The translations under genes and the position numbers were made by a program. Of a stretch of 64,000 nt of DNA, positions 1 through 12,949 are shown one piece after another. The notes below the pieces were generated by a model. It was not told the origin of the DNA, did not search any database, and saw nothing but the letters and a program-made list of their open reading frames with translations. Positions within the stretch are counted from its first letter, which is position 1. Every line of letters starts with the position of its first letter. Origin of the DNA: Tubulanus polymorphus (lineage: Eukaryota; Animalia; Nemertea); NCBI RefSeq assembly GCF_964204645.1, contig NC_134029.1:21880950-21944949 (forward strand). Reading direction: 5' to 3'.

Positions 1-690
1 GATTTTGGTTCACTTTCTGCTGTAAGAACTTTCCGTTGTGCGGCTTTAACTCGTAGGACAATGAGGAGGGCTATATTCGCCGCGAAAACTAATACATTCG
101 GTATGATAATTCGGAAGATCGGGTCAACGTTACGGTTCATGAGTAGGAAAACACCATCCCGTGAATACGTTGCCTTGAAGTGAGGGCCGAGCGGTGTTTG
201 TGGTTGATATTTTACCCGCATAGTGATTGGGTAGTAGGAACATAATGCCACTGAAAATATACATGCAAAGAAAATGATAAAACTTATATTGCGTCGAACC
301 TTAAAAATGAAAATCATCGTAACTAATCTTTCGCATTGAATGATCACAGTTAAATAGTTGCGGAACATTTGAAATCCGTTGTTAAGCATAGTCATCTATA
401 TGTATATGTGAGGAGAAACTCGAGTTGCATCGAAATATTTAATCATATCACCGTACGTCGCGTAGTGAATATAATACCGCACCGGGTCCTGGATGAATTT
501 CGTTATCAAAAATATATTGTCAGCAACAGCGAGGCATTGCAGTAAATAGATGCAGCGGTTTTCAGTTTTCAATTTGATAAATACAATGACAACTATAACG
601 TTTAAACCAACCCCGACTATGATTAGAGGTGGCAAAATGAATCCTTTTACAAACCATTTGTCGGCGTATGATACCCAATGTGGAATTCAT
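1..690 (-). pseudogene. Rhodopsin-class (peptide receptor-like) GPCR, probably disabled; runs off the left edge of the window
   Basis: TM1 GVGLNVIVVIVF, TM2 LAVADNIFL. The same frame continues past TAG 396-398 as MTMLNNGFQMFRNYLTVIIQCERL... and a TM5-like IIIPNVLVFAANIALL. In-frame TGA at 687-689; out-of-frame ATG-AAT-TCC-ACA (MNST) at 690. Confidence 0.75.
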
Positions 691-1352
691 CCTCAGTTCT
701 TGATGAAACTATTTCGATCATCACCAAATTGATCGTATATATACCGGCGCCGCAATATACAAGTATTTTCAGTATTGTGTGATTAGAATTTTCTTTTCAA
801 GGAATGTTATGCGAATTGTAGAATATTGACAGGATAATATTCACGACAATAACACCGGCCATACCCAAGTTAAGTTAGATATCTTAAATTCCATATAGAA
901 GTGGTATTCAATCCATATACGCGCAATGCCATCGGAATGATCTCAAAGATTTCTAAAATATATATATTCCAATTTTCAGGTCTACCCCATTAAAGATTCC
1001 TAGATCCACTCTTACAGATTCTCTCAGCGGATCGGAGTTGCTGCGGATCGGGTTCAAATCTGGGATCATCAGTCACACTTCGTTGAACCTGGTCCGTTAT
1101 TAATCACAATTAGAACCAAATATACCTAACAATTACTTCTAGATAGAATTATATTTGATCATAAATGTTATATTTTTATTGTAAATGTCAAATGCAGTCA
1201 GGAGAAAGAGACCCGCCGGCCGGCCCGCAATATTCGATTAGTTCACAGAATTGCCGCCAGGGGACCGTACGGTGCTGCCTCCTAGTTCAAGTTTACGTTC
1301 TTTTCGCTTTTCCGGTCGTTCTCCACACTTTGATTCAATTCAAATACACGGA

Positions 1353-3194
1353 ATGGCGGATGATTTAAATCGCGTTAGAAATGCCACGATTGCTTTCACA
1401 TTGCCTATATCATGTCAGATTTGTTTGGGAAAGGTAAAAAAAATAAGTTTTCTGGAAAAAATAGAGCTTTTTTGAATAACCAACTCAGCATCCATTTTGT
1501 TTTCTTTCTTAATCTTAATTTTTTACAAACTGGCTCTTGTGTAACAAACATTCATTTTCATATCTTATACGAAATGAATACGTTATATTGTTGTAGGTAA
1601 AACAGCCGGTAGTTTGCCCAAATCAACACGTTTTCTGCGAGTCGTGTTTGAAGATCTGGTTGGAGAGGAACAATCAATGTCCGGCCTGTCGAATCGAAAT
1701 AACTAACGATTCCCCGTACAGAAAGGTCATCGGTGGCTTGAGTAACGATAACGTCGAAAGTTCTAACGACAGCTTCTCAAACGCGGCCGTACGCAGGGCT
1801 CGAATTGAGCTCATCGCTCGTGACTATGAGGTAAAATAAGAGTTTCCCTAGAGAAGCCCTAATGATTTGCATAGGGATCTATTTGAAGAAGCGTAAATGA
1901 ACGATTTTTTAAAGGAATATTTAATTTAAATGTTTTACAACAGGAAGAGATCGATAGGTTACAGTCGAAACTTGAACACGTCGAAAATGAAAATCAATAT
2001 TTGAAACTAGAACTCAAACGGAAGCCGGCAGATGGAAATATGTGTAACGTTGAATTAGATACTAGTGTTAAAAATAGCAATGTCGTTCTAGCCCTTAATG
2101 ATAAATTAAAGGCAGCACATGAAGAAAGTGAACTACAGAAAAAGAAGATATCGAAACTAATGCAGGTACGTAATAGGAATTTGTTATTCCGGACCTTGTT
2201 TTTGCAGCGAGGACTATAGTTTGTTATTTGATGCAACCTGTCTGTCTGGCTATTGTGGAAACGGTGTTAGTCTCACAGCTGATAGGCAGTGGGTTCGAAC
2301 CCGAATGAAGCCATGCTATTCGGTCAGTCTCCCCAACTCACTCATCTAACAACTTGTATGTGGATGATACTCCGATTGAAGTGGCTTTCACATTAGCCAG
2401 AGCATCAGAAAGAAAACTTTCATATTGACAAATTTTGTTTTTTCTTTTGTAGAGAAATCAATTTTTGACGGATGAAAATATTAATCTTTCACGTGAGAAT
2501 CAAAGAATACGCATGGAAGTAGCGAGCCGGTCACCGATGAGGTTAGTTATCCGGTTAAACTCACTACAATAGTTGAGAATTCAGTTAAATTGAACAGGAA
2601 ATTGTTACGTTATTTACTCTTTTCAGATATGGACGATTTACGGTAGCCACGTTACAGACAAAAGTCGAAACTTACGAAAAACAAGTAAAACAATTACAGA
2701 AAGCTTTAGAACGCAGCGATACGTACGTGGAACAGCTTCAAAAAGAGCTACAATCGTCATCAGGGAGCGTAGAAACTGTGAACTGTTCAAACGTTAACAA
2801 AAGACGCTTATCCGAATCGGAAGACATCACCACCTCGGGTAACTCCGCCAAGAAAAGACTGTTCGATACAACTGAATCTCAAAATCAGCCCGATTCCAAC
2901 TCTGTGAATAAGCTTTCGAGGAAGGATAATTTCGCGAATGGACTATTAACTCATACCGACTCTAGTCACGGTGCTCCTAGTGTAGACTTACAGGCAGGAT
3001 GTTCACATTGGCAAAACAATCAAAATGTGAAAAGTGGTTATGTAAGCACTGACTTGGTGCAAACTAAGACTAATTTAAAAGCAAATGATAAAGTAAACGA
3101 TGTAACAACTGATCGTGTGAGAACTGGTATTAACCCACGTGAACGAGCACCAGTTGAAAATTGTTACGACAATGTTTCGAGTACACAAAAGTAA
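1353..3194 (+). CDS. OBI1: ORC ubiquitin ligase 1 (RING finger protein 219). Exons ~1353-1433, 1597-1830, 1944-2165, 2453-2541, 2627-3194
   Basis: Spliced RING TLPISCQICLGK|VKQPVVCPNQHVFCESCLKIWLERNNQCPACR and coiled coil RYGRFTVATLQTKVETYEKQVKQLQKALERSDTYVEQL match the RNF219/OBI1 family. All introns are GT-AG. The 3' end is less certain. Confidence 0.9.
2240..2400 (+). mobile_element. tRNA-derived SINE-like fragment in OBI1 intron 3
   Basis: Pol III A-box-like TGGCTATTGTGG (2247-2258) and B-box GGTTCGAACC (2292-2301) at tRNA-like spacing, but no clean cloverleaf. Confidence 0.55.
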
Positions 3195-4344
3195 ATTTGT
3201 CATGAAACGACCAGTGGAATTACGTGTACCGTTAGTTAAAGTTTTAAATATTAGATTTTCAGGGTTTATATCATTATTTTAGATAAAATTGTACAAGGAT
3301 TTCTCAAAACATGTTTCAGTAATAAATATTTTCATTTCTTAAAGTTGGTTGTTAACTCTTTGAAACTTGAGTTCGTCTTCTAAGCCATCAAATGAAACTG
3401 AAATATTTGCTGAGGACCTACTGCATTACATTCCTCGTTACGAAAAAACCACTTATCTAAGATTACATGATTTTATTTTTATAGAAAATTTCAGGCATAT
3501 TCATTACAAGACGAGAAAGTTTAATAACGCATCTTTACAGCAAATGGCTACACACACAAATAATAATAATAATAGTTTCCTATTCGCATTTTATGCAAGT
3601 TACAGCTGTTCAGATCTAAAAATTACCCAGTCACGAGCGAGACGCAAGCATCGAAAACCATTAATAATTTTTGGCACCTGGATTTAGTCGTTAGTTCCCA
3701 GCATGCATCTCTGGCAAGTGACTTCTATAAAAACTGGCTATGAAATAATTTGTTTCATTAACGTACATGTATTTACACGAGTGGTTCTAAAAATACTGAT
3801 TTTTAAACATCATGTTCAAATCCGGATAACAGTTAAAACGCCGCCTTAACTACTGCGGAACCTCGTTTTAACGAACGTTGAGTAAAACCTTTTTGTGTTT
3901 CAACTAACCTACGTATGAATCGCCTGTTAAGGTCAAAATTTCAAGTTTGTCAAATTTACATTAAAGGTTCCACAGTACAGACATGAAGCACGAAGTGCAT
4001 TTATCAAATTGAATATATCGCTTTATTGTATATAAAAATGTTTTAAGAGATATTTCTGGTAATTTTCAAATCTGACCGCACAAAAAAATTCACACTTTAC
4101 TTGACATTACTACTACACACAGCTACTATTGCACAAAGCAAAAAGTTTGTACCATAATCTTCACAGATTTTTCTAACGAGACCCATTCATATTGGTGACT
4201 TTTAAATTGACTACTTAACAGCCTGCCTATTCTTTAACTCATATATCAGCAGAAATAACGAGATAGCGATGTCTGGTGTATCTCCCGAAATCTTTATTTC
4301 CATAATCTCAACGCACAGTTCGTATTCATATCGACAACACTTCA

Positions 4345-4454
4345 GGGTCCGCTTTTATAGACTGGTATTAGCTTAAACCTGGGGCTAACTCAATTCATTA
4401 TCAATTGAGTAAGCCCCTGGTTAAAGTTAATACCAATCTATAAAACCAAGCCCA
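4345..4454. mobile_element. Short palindromic MITE-like element
   Basis: TTTTATAGACTGGTATTAGCTTAAACCTGGGGCTAACTCAATT pairs imperfectly with AATTGAGTAAGCCCCTGGTTAAAGTTAATACCAATCTATAAAA. Confidence 0.7.
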
Positions 4455-6563
4455 GATTTCCAATCAAAATCTTGATGCTAACTTAAGTGATGTAGAGAGG
4501 CTACATGATTTATGAAAATATCACGAATTACATTTATCTGCTCAGATGCATTTCTCACATTCCGTATACATAGAATACATTTAGTTTCCCTCAATTGAGT
4601 TTCCGGTGGAATAAATCTCATCTTGAAAGATCTTCAATTTTCCTGAGTCGATGGTAAGTACGGTTGTCATAGTTCTATACACAACGATACAAAAATATCA
4701 ACTGATTATTAATGTTTCTGCATTCTAAATATACCGACAGATGAGTATGATGATAGAACATATATGATAGAGTGAGAATATAATTCAGTATTCGATGAAT
4801 AATATGATACGCGAAAAAAAGTTACAAGACAAAGACGGAGACAGACCCGCTAATATTGGCAGGCTTCAGTTCAGGGAAGAATTTACTACAGCAGTTATAA
4901 ACCACTATAAAAACATTAGAATACAGAGGAGCATAAAAACATTTTAATTCACATCTGCAGAGCCTACTGTAGCCGTTAGGTTTGTTTCAACAATTTTTCA
5001 GTTTTTGTGATTATTTAAATCAATCATTAGTTTGTTTTACGAGCAAACAAGGGTTTCTTATTCCATGATTTTTTTTGGATACATCACGACCAACGATAAT
5101 GAAAACCACCTCTCTCGACTTCAAAAATATTGCAATCCTTGTTGATCATTTGAAAAAATGATCTAGGATTCATCTTAAAACTGTTGTGTTAAATGCGTAG
5201 ATTTTTCCCTGAATACACGACGCAATGCTAAGAATACTGTCATTTCTCACCAATTCAAAATAAATCTATATCCAATTTCTAATACAATACGTACTTGATG
5301 AACGGTTAGTTAAATTCAAAATGAGGAAACTGATACGGTACCGAATTGTTAGTTAAATCTAGTGACTACAAATTAAAGACTTTAAAAGTGACTATAATGG
5401 ATTGGATAGCATACAATAGCACATACACATACTTCAAATACAAGTCAATGATACTGGCACAAGTGGAGATATGTCGAGATCTACCACTAATACAGCTAAG
5501 CTGGTGGCAGGATGAATGAGTCTTGAAGACATGAAACAAGTGGAATAAGCTACAATTTTTTTGCCAAATTCTAAATCCCATATATCTCTCAAACATACTT
5601 CAAAATGCTGTAATTTCTTATAATTGAACGGAATAAAAAGCGTAATTCAGATGATGTACTACGTGCATTGGAAATTGGTTAAAACAAACATCCTGCATCA
5701 TTCTCAATACGTTATCTTTAAGCAAGCTATACTTGTACATATATTTAAAATATAATCATATATAGGAGCAATTACAGGCTGGTAACATAATTGATACATG
5801 ATGAAAATGACTAAATACACAGTAGCAATAACAGGGTCCCTACAGATCAGTCATTCCTGAATGTACATGGTTTTCAAGGTGTTTATAGGTTAATGTTACT
5901 TGTATAAGTCTCAAATGTCGAGGAAGCGTCAGCATTGCATTGCGTTCATATCCTAGTGATTATTACTGTAGACTCCTAAATCAGTACTGTTTATTTCAGT
6001 TAACGGATAATTCGATGGTTTTATAAGCAAACTTTTATCCTGTACACTACCTAAAAACTCTGTTTCTAATTTGGTATCCCCAGTCCTAATCGGATATGAA
6101 ATACTGGCCCCAACTGTACCGATCGGATTTAGGCATTGTCTACTGTACAGCTACGACCCAGGCAAAATTTCTTATTGTCAATTTCTCAAAATTATTATTA
6201 TCAATGAGTATTTTGCTCAAATTAAAAGAGTTTCATGCACCTTAAACGGCAGTTTTGGTTTAGAAGGAGTTTTTTTAAAGGAATCAAGGAATCATAGGGA
6301 CCCTGAATAAAGATCATTCAAGAAGAAACAAATAATTGATAATTTCACATCTCGAACTGCACGGAATAAATGAACTAACGCTATAAACTAATGTATGTAC
6401 ATCATGATTTAAAATCTCTTTTGCACGAAGCAAAATATGGCACCAATATGTCCGACCAACTAACTTGTAGATATCATCGCCGATGCTTTTTTTTCGCGAG
6501 GAGGTTTTCAATGTTGAATGTTTGTGGCAGTGTAAGTGAAGTCAGTGATATGGTTCTATCAGT

Positions 6564-9500
6564 CTACATGACGCTGCACTTTTCCCGCGGATCAGCCTGA
6601 AAATAAACGATACACACCAACATCAAAATACTGAACGTCATTAATTTATCTAAATAAAAAAATCCAGAACTCTGCAGAAATTTTATCCATTAAACTACCT
6701 TTACTACAGATAAAATCCTTTCCAAAGGCAAAATAATTTTTTTAAATCGGGAAAAGCAAGAATTCAATGAAATATCAGTCAGATATATTCAACAAAATTT
6801 TTTTTGTTCAATCAGTTATAATAAACTAGTCGATGAATACTGCTAAATTGTAGAAATATAGCCCTAAAACAAAGCAAATAGCAAAGTGAAAGCATTAAAA
6901 TACAAGATACTTTCTCAGGGCTGCCAACCTCTGAAAATTACTTTCAAGTTAAATAGTTTTCAGGAAGATTCCATTATCAAACTATAGAAAGTGTTAAAAT
7001 GAATCAGTCATCGATAGGATGATCATCAGTAACAAATTCGTGGAACAAAAATGTAACAAAATACTGAAAATCAGGAACAGTTGACAGCTCTGCTTTTTTC
7101 AGTTAGGTGAAACTCATATGATGTTAATTACATTAAGCATGCTCGATACCAGGACTAGGACTAGGGAACCCTTTCAAACAATGAACTAGACATAGACACC
7201 ACGTGTCATCCCGGTGCCATGGAAAGAAATAACAAAGAAGCAGAAAGAAATATGAAGATGTTAATGTACTTTTTGTACTTTGATTAATGGGTTATTACTG
7301 TTCAAAGAATTTTGTTCAAGCCAGTTATAGAGGGTTAAAGCGAATCAAATCTATTCATCGTACGTCTATTCGTTGGACAGTAAAGCAGTCGCTAATTCAT
7401 CAAACATATATGATCGCAAGCAAAAAATACATGCACGACTCTTCAATGAGCTATGGCTAACTTAGAGAGCATTTTTTCAGGTATCACTTGTGGAATATTC
7501 CTTGCCAGACGGAGCTAAATAGTGTTTCATCGGATAGAAATTAATTAAGTACTGTCATTCGAAAATCATCTTTAAGATAAAGATTTCACTACGATTTAGT
7601 ATGCTCCAAGCTGCCAGAGCTCAGAGACACCCAGTGTATGAGAATGATATAGAAAGCAGCAAGAACACATGATTATCGCACTCAGCTCAGCGTGGTGGTA
7701 TCAATCAACTGTGTTATAAAACAACTATCGTGTGTATATATATATTTACTTCCTGAGATGGCAAGATTGACTGTGTCATCCTCAGGCCCCCAAGAGATAC
7801 CTGAAGAGACACAAATAAAATATTATCATCATCAAATTTACATTTACCTCAAAGAGTATTTATCATCAGCTTTTCATCGATTCAGTAATTTCAAGCTTTT
7901 CCAGATTTATGAGATATAATTATGGCCCCATTAATCAAACACCATCAATAAATCAACCCAGCATGATTTATCATTAAATTCATCAAATTAGCCCGAGACA
8001 GTTTACCCCAAAACAGTGCGTACATGCGATTTGATGTCAATTAGACTTTAGCTCAGTTAAAAATGGGATCGACACAAAATATTGCATTGCGATTTTCACA
8101 TTATGTGAATTCGTGTTAGGACAACGTCAACAAAATTTCATAATTATCACAGTTCACGATCATATCAACCGCCTGATAGGAGGTTCATTCAGTGGCCGGT
8201 ATATGAGGTTTATGCATATTAAACCAGTCTCTAACAACTGCGAAAATTTCCCGAAATATGCATGAAATTGGTTATTCGGTAAAGGGGGGAAATATCAAAA
8301 TATTAGGTAGTTAGCTGTATTAGAAAGCTACAACTGCATTCGAAACAGGAAGAAGGGGTAGGTGATCATGAACACGTGATACGAATGAAAATGAAATTAT
8401 TGTTGACCTGTTGATGGAATAAATCCTCGTCTCCCACCTCTTGTCCACCGGTTCCTCGTTGTTGAAATGTGTGCAGTATCGATCTGTCTAGATTGCGGTA
8501 TGCCACTTCCTGAAAAGACAACGTTGTACGTATTTTAGCCGTTTGTTTGAACAAGCGTCGTACGATGAAGTAGTGAATGCAGTATCGACACATTATCATT
8601 TGAACTTGATTTGATTTACGAAGCAGAAAAGTTTTGGCTCGAATTTAATTGATATGTAGAAGGAATAGAAGCACTGAAGTACCGCTACCGAACCTTCTGC
8701 TACTAAATCCTCACTAGCCACAGTAAGCGGTGAACCTCATTGTCGATTATTGAAATATTTGAGACTTCAAAACGTAAGCTCTACTTTCGATCATCGATCA
8801 TTTCAAAAGAAGAGTTTTTACTCACTTCTCCTTTAGCGTTGAGTAGAACGGTTTTCATATTGTCACCGGTGAACCATTTCTGTTTCATCACTATATCTGA
8901 CGGAGGCGCGTGCGATGCACCGGAATCAGCTCCCCAAACCTGAACAAACATGACTTACTATCAACTACACTGTAGTGGATGATGAGGGTTCAGGGAATCC
9001 ACAATTCCCGAATGATATTTCCCTGATTTAATCATAAAGATATTCTCAGTGGGGGCTGTTTATATTAAGAAGTTGCTTGTGCCACTCATCACCAACAAGA
9101 ACAACTAGATACCAAAATTCAAATTCCCCGATTTTGAAGAAGAGTTAACATTCCCCGATCCGTAAGAACCCTGAGAAGTTTAAAACTAACCGTGCAGTGT
9201 TGACCGGCTTTCAGTACGAGAGATCGATGAAATTTAAAAGTTGTCTCCTGAGTTCCGGCTGTATGTTTCAACTGCCAACCACCGAGCGAATGATCCTGAA
9301 TTCGTAGAAAACACGCAGAAATACAAACCAAATCTTAATAAACGTCCTATAGAATTACGTCATTACCAAATCTTTCAACACTGACCTTATTTGAGTTGTT
9401 GTATAGCTTGACGAATTTCCCTTCCGTGCTGGTATCCGAGATATCGACGTTACCCTTCGCCTGCGCGGATACAGTATAATCACTAGACAGTTTAGAATGA

Positions 9501-12500
9501 GTGATCGTTCCCGACGTTCCCGGCTCGGCGACTCTCTTACGCTTGATTCCACGAGTCGGCGTCGCTCTCGACGGCGTCGTACGCGAGGGCGACGATTCCG
9601 AAGCAGTCGAAAGATTCAATCTGAAAACATGACAAGATCGGTTAAGTTATATTTGAACCAAATTTGATCTTTGCCTATCTTTTGATTCCGGTTCATGTAA
9701 AAACAAACATCAATCCGGGAGTTTATTTCTGTTGCCTGACTAATACATCTGAGATTCGTTAAAAATCATCGCTTGTTACAACGTAGAACCAAATACAACA
9801 GAACTGGCTGCTATAAATCTTATTCTAAAACTCTTTAGTGCGACTTATCATTAAAATCATAGTCACCTTTCTTCCTCTCCTTCCAACAGTTTTCTGTACG
9901 CGGCGATTTCAATATCCAACGAGATTTTGATATCCATCAGAGCGCTGTACTCTCTCATCTGATCCTCGAGCGACTGGCGCAGTTCGTTGATCTCTTGTTT
10001 ATAAACCTCGATCGTTTTAGCGTGGTCGTCCTGTTCGTGTTGCAGCTGATCTTCCAGTTGTTTGATCCGTTTCGTCAACATATCATTCTACGATATAAAC
10101 ATGATATTGATTTCCCGTAAATAAGCACACGGTTATATTCAAAGTTAATCTTCAAAACTGGTGTCGTTCGATTCACAGAAACTTCTAGAAAATTCGAGAT
10201 TTACTTACAGTTGATGATAGTTTAGTGACCTCTTGAGTTAATTCGTCGACCAGACGACGAGTATTCTTCAAATCTTCTTGAGCCTTGCTGGCGAGGCTAC
10301 CCTTCTTATCGGCTAAAACCCTCATTTCGTTCAGCTGTAATCATTAAAACCATCGCGCAAATCGTAATCAGATAAATTATGACGAAGTTTCAACTAACTC
10401 CCATTTTAAGTTGTACGATAAGACACTAACCTTTGTTTCAAATAGAGTTTCAATTTCGACTCGATACTGCTCCGAATGTTCTTCCTGTTGCGTGCGAAGT
10501 TCTCGCAGCGATTCGGAGAGTTTATTCTCGTATTCGCGTTGGACCGTTTTATCGAATTCCTCGCGCGTTACCTCCAGTCGAGTCTTCGTTTCACTGATAT
10601 GCTGTATTGTAAAACACAAAAATACTTTTCTCTAGAGGGTGAAATCTCACAAGATCGGCTGTTTTTATTAACAAGCCTCAACATTGTTCAGGTGGACACC
10701 ATTTTAATTGCTTTTCCGCTGACATGTGCATTGTTTTCCCTGATTTTACCTGCACAGAATCCAATCCATTAACAGTCAAATGCGTTAAACATGTGGAAAC
10801 TTATTTCCATGACTTTGTTTTCTAACAATATTCCCAGACTTTTCCAATTTCCACCCTCTTAGTCAAAAATTCCCAGGTTCACCTGGGAGTACAGTCGTCT
10901 GCGTGAACAGTAATGCCTGGCAAATTTTGCAGTAGATATTCTCAGCCTGGCACATTTTGCAAGATGCCACATTCTAACAATTTGTCCGACAGTTGATCAA
11001 AATAATATCTCCAAAAAACTTGTCAAGACATCGTTCTACCCTTAGCTCAATAACTCTGAAATGTGCCCGTACAAAAAAACTTACACTTATGGCAAATAAA
11101 GAGAATTACGTACCTGATCGTAGAGCTGAGAATTAAACGTTAACTCTTCTTTCAAACTCTGTACTTTATTCTGCAGATCGACTCTCAACAACGTTTCATC
11201 TTCGAGATCTTTTTTACTTTGTTCGAGACGTTTTCCCAGTGCGTCGTAGGCAGTTTTCAAATTCTACAATGACATCGATAAAAAAAACAAAACAAACAAC
11301 AATAAATGACCTGACAATCCGGCGATGAATTCCTATTTACAGAAAGAACATATTGACAGTTGATCGCGATACCTTGTACTCGGTTTCGAAGTGTTTTCGC
11401 TGATTTTCGGCGTCCGTTGCTTTCGCGGTCAGATCTTGTACGCGAGTCTCGGCGCTAAGAAGTTTCTGTTCAAAGTTCGTAGCGTCGCGATCTCTCTTTA
11501 CGAACCTACAAAATTAACACGAAATTGGAATGCCTTTAAAATGTATTCTTTTCCCACATCTTAGAGTTACTTAAGAAATCAGTTAATCTATGGCCTAACT
11601 GCCACTAAGACCATCTTAAATCCATTTAGCGCTAATGTTATATTGTAGGGAGTAGCATTTGGAGCACATTTAGTACTGCGGTCGCTCTGTCAAGTCAAAA
11701 CCGCTATAAACCATAGGCCTATAAACCCTTCCAAAAATCAGGTAATTATTGCGGTCATCCTTATTACCGAGATGATGTATTTTACCGAGATGAACCGAGA
11801 TCAACCGAGATGAAATTAAATATAACATATTTATTTATTCCATATCGATTTTAACCATTGAAATCATATTATATCAGTAATAAATGCCTGCTGGGTTCAT
11901 ATTTTACATATTTTGTCGGATATTTTTGGAAAAATAACTTTTAACTTTACCGAGATGAGATCGTCGATCAATCAAATTCAATGAAATTTTATTGCTAACC
12001 GAGTATACGTATTTGAAGTCAAAATTTTTTTAAATAAAAAAAATATGTAAAATATGACTCTTAGAAGGTATTTATTACTGATATAACATGATTACAAGTG
12101 TTAAAAACGATTAGGAATAAATAAATATGTTATATTTAATTTCATCTCGGTTGATCTCGGTAAAATACGCCATCTCGGTAATAAGGATGACCCTATAAAC
12201 CCTTCCAAAAATCAGGTAATTATTGTGCAATTCCAGGAATTCCGAGTATCCGGTGGTTAATTCAAGATGCAAGATGAAATTACTACTTACTTGGTATGCC
12301 AATCTTCCGCATCAGCTTTGTATTTTCCGACATCGATCTGCATTTTCGCTTTATCCTTCGCCAATTCATCGAGAATGCGTCGAGCGTCGGCCAACTCCGT
12401 CTCGTAGATCTTTATCTTATTCGAGATTTCTTTCTCTTTCGTTTCCTCGACGGTTTTGATATTGATGCGCAGCACCTGATTCTCGCTTTCCAACGACCTC

Positions 12501-12652
12501 ACTTTATCGATGTAGTTAGCGAGACGGTCGTTCAGGTTAGCCAACTCGGCTTTCTCTTGAACTCGCGTGATTCTGGTCGGTGAAGGTGACCTGGCTCCCG
12601 TTGTGGTCGATGTCACCACGGTTGACTTACGCACGCTTGTTTTAGTCGCCAT
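6564..12652 (-). CDS. LMN: Nuclear lamin (B-type, CaaX). Exons ~12652-12291, 11505-11373, 11263-11114, 10601-10431, 10334-10209, 10087-9867, 9620-9368, 9296-9193, 8939-8825, 8509-8408, 6596-6564
   Basis: Head [32 protein letters not shown], rod end [28 protein letters not shown], lamin tail domain exons ([19 protein letters not shown]), and a terminal exon [10 protein letters not shown] with a CaaX box. Confidence 0.95.
6916..7093. mobile_element. Degenerate TIR element in the last lamin intron
   Basis: Ends CAGGGCTGCCAAC and GTTGACAGCTCTG are imperfect inverted repeats. Confidence 0.5.
11753..12192. mobile_element. MITE with ~75-90 bp TIRs in lamin intron 1, flanked by a 33-34 bp direct repeat
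   Basis: GGTCATCCTTATTACCGAGAT...ATTTATTTATTCC is inverted against GGAATAAATAAAT...ATCTCGGTAATAAGGATGACC, with internal ACCGAGAT repeats. CTATAAACCCTTCCAAAAATCAGGTAATTATTG lies on both sides. Confidence 0.85.
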
Positions 12653-12949
12653 TCTCGTCGCCGTCTCTGCGTTTGTAGCCGTTAAATCGTCCGCTAATAA
12701 ATGTTCGACAGCGTGACTCGGAAAACGCCGGTTTTCTACAACAATATGGCGGCGACCAGCGCGCTCTTGTTGACTAATTTCGACGCTTGGTGGCAGCACA
12801 GCCTGGTGCGGTACGGAGGAGGTGGAGGAAGTGACTTCGTTCAAGGTCGTGTGGATGCGGAAATAAATAAAATCTTTTTTTCAATTTTTTCCAAAATACA
12901 AAATTTTTGCCTCTGCCGCAGCTTTCGGGTACGGGAGGGTAATCTCAAG
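12653..12949. promoter_or_regulatory. Putative bidirectional promoter, lamin / SUPT7L
   Basis: Start codons 297 bp apart in divergent orientation. CpG-rich, with a YY1-like CAATATGGCGGC (~12742-12753) and an ETS-like GGAAGTG (~12827). Confidence 0.65.

Noticed and set aside
2240-2312. tRNA gene
   Set aside because: A and B boxes are present, but the acceptor and anticodon stems do not pair. Treated as a SINE relic.
6597-6671. In-frame hydrophobic extension of the lamin CaaX exon from an upstream AG
   Set aside because: Weak pyrimidine tract; a 25-codon open T-rich stretch is expected by chance.
11765-11815. CRISPR-like ACCGAGAT repeats
   Set aside because: 8-9 bp sub-repeats within a MITE TIR in a eukaryotic intron, with no spacers or cas genes.
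12653-12844. 64-aa N-terminal extension of lamin in the ORF track
   Set aside because: It begins at a non-ATG codon within the shared promoter. MATKT at 12652 gives a normal lamin head.
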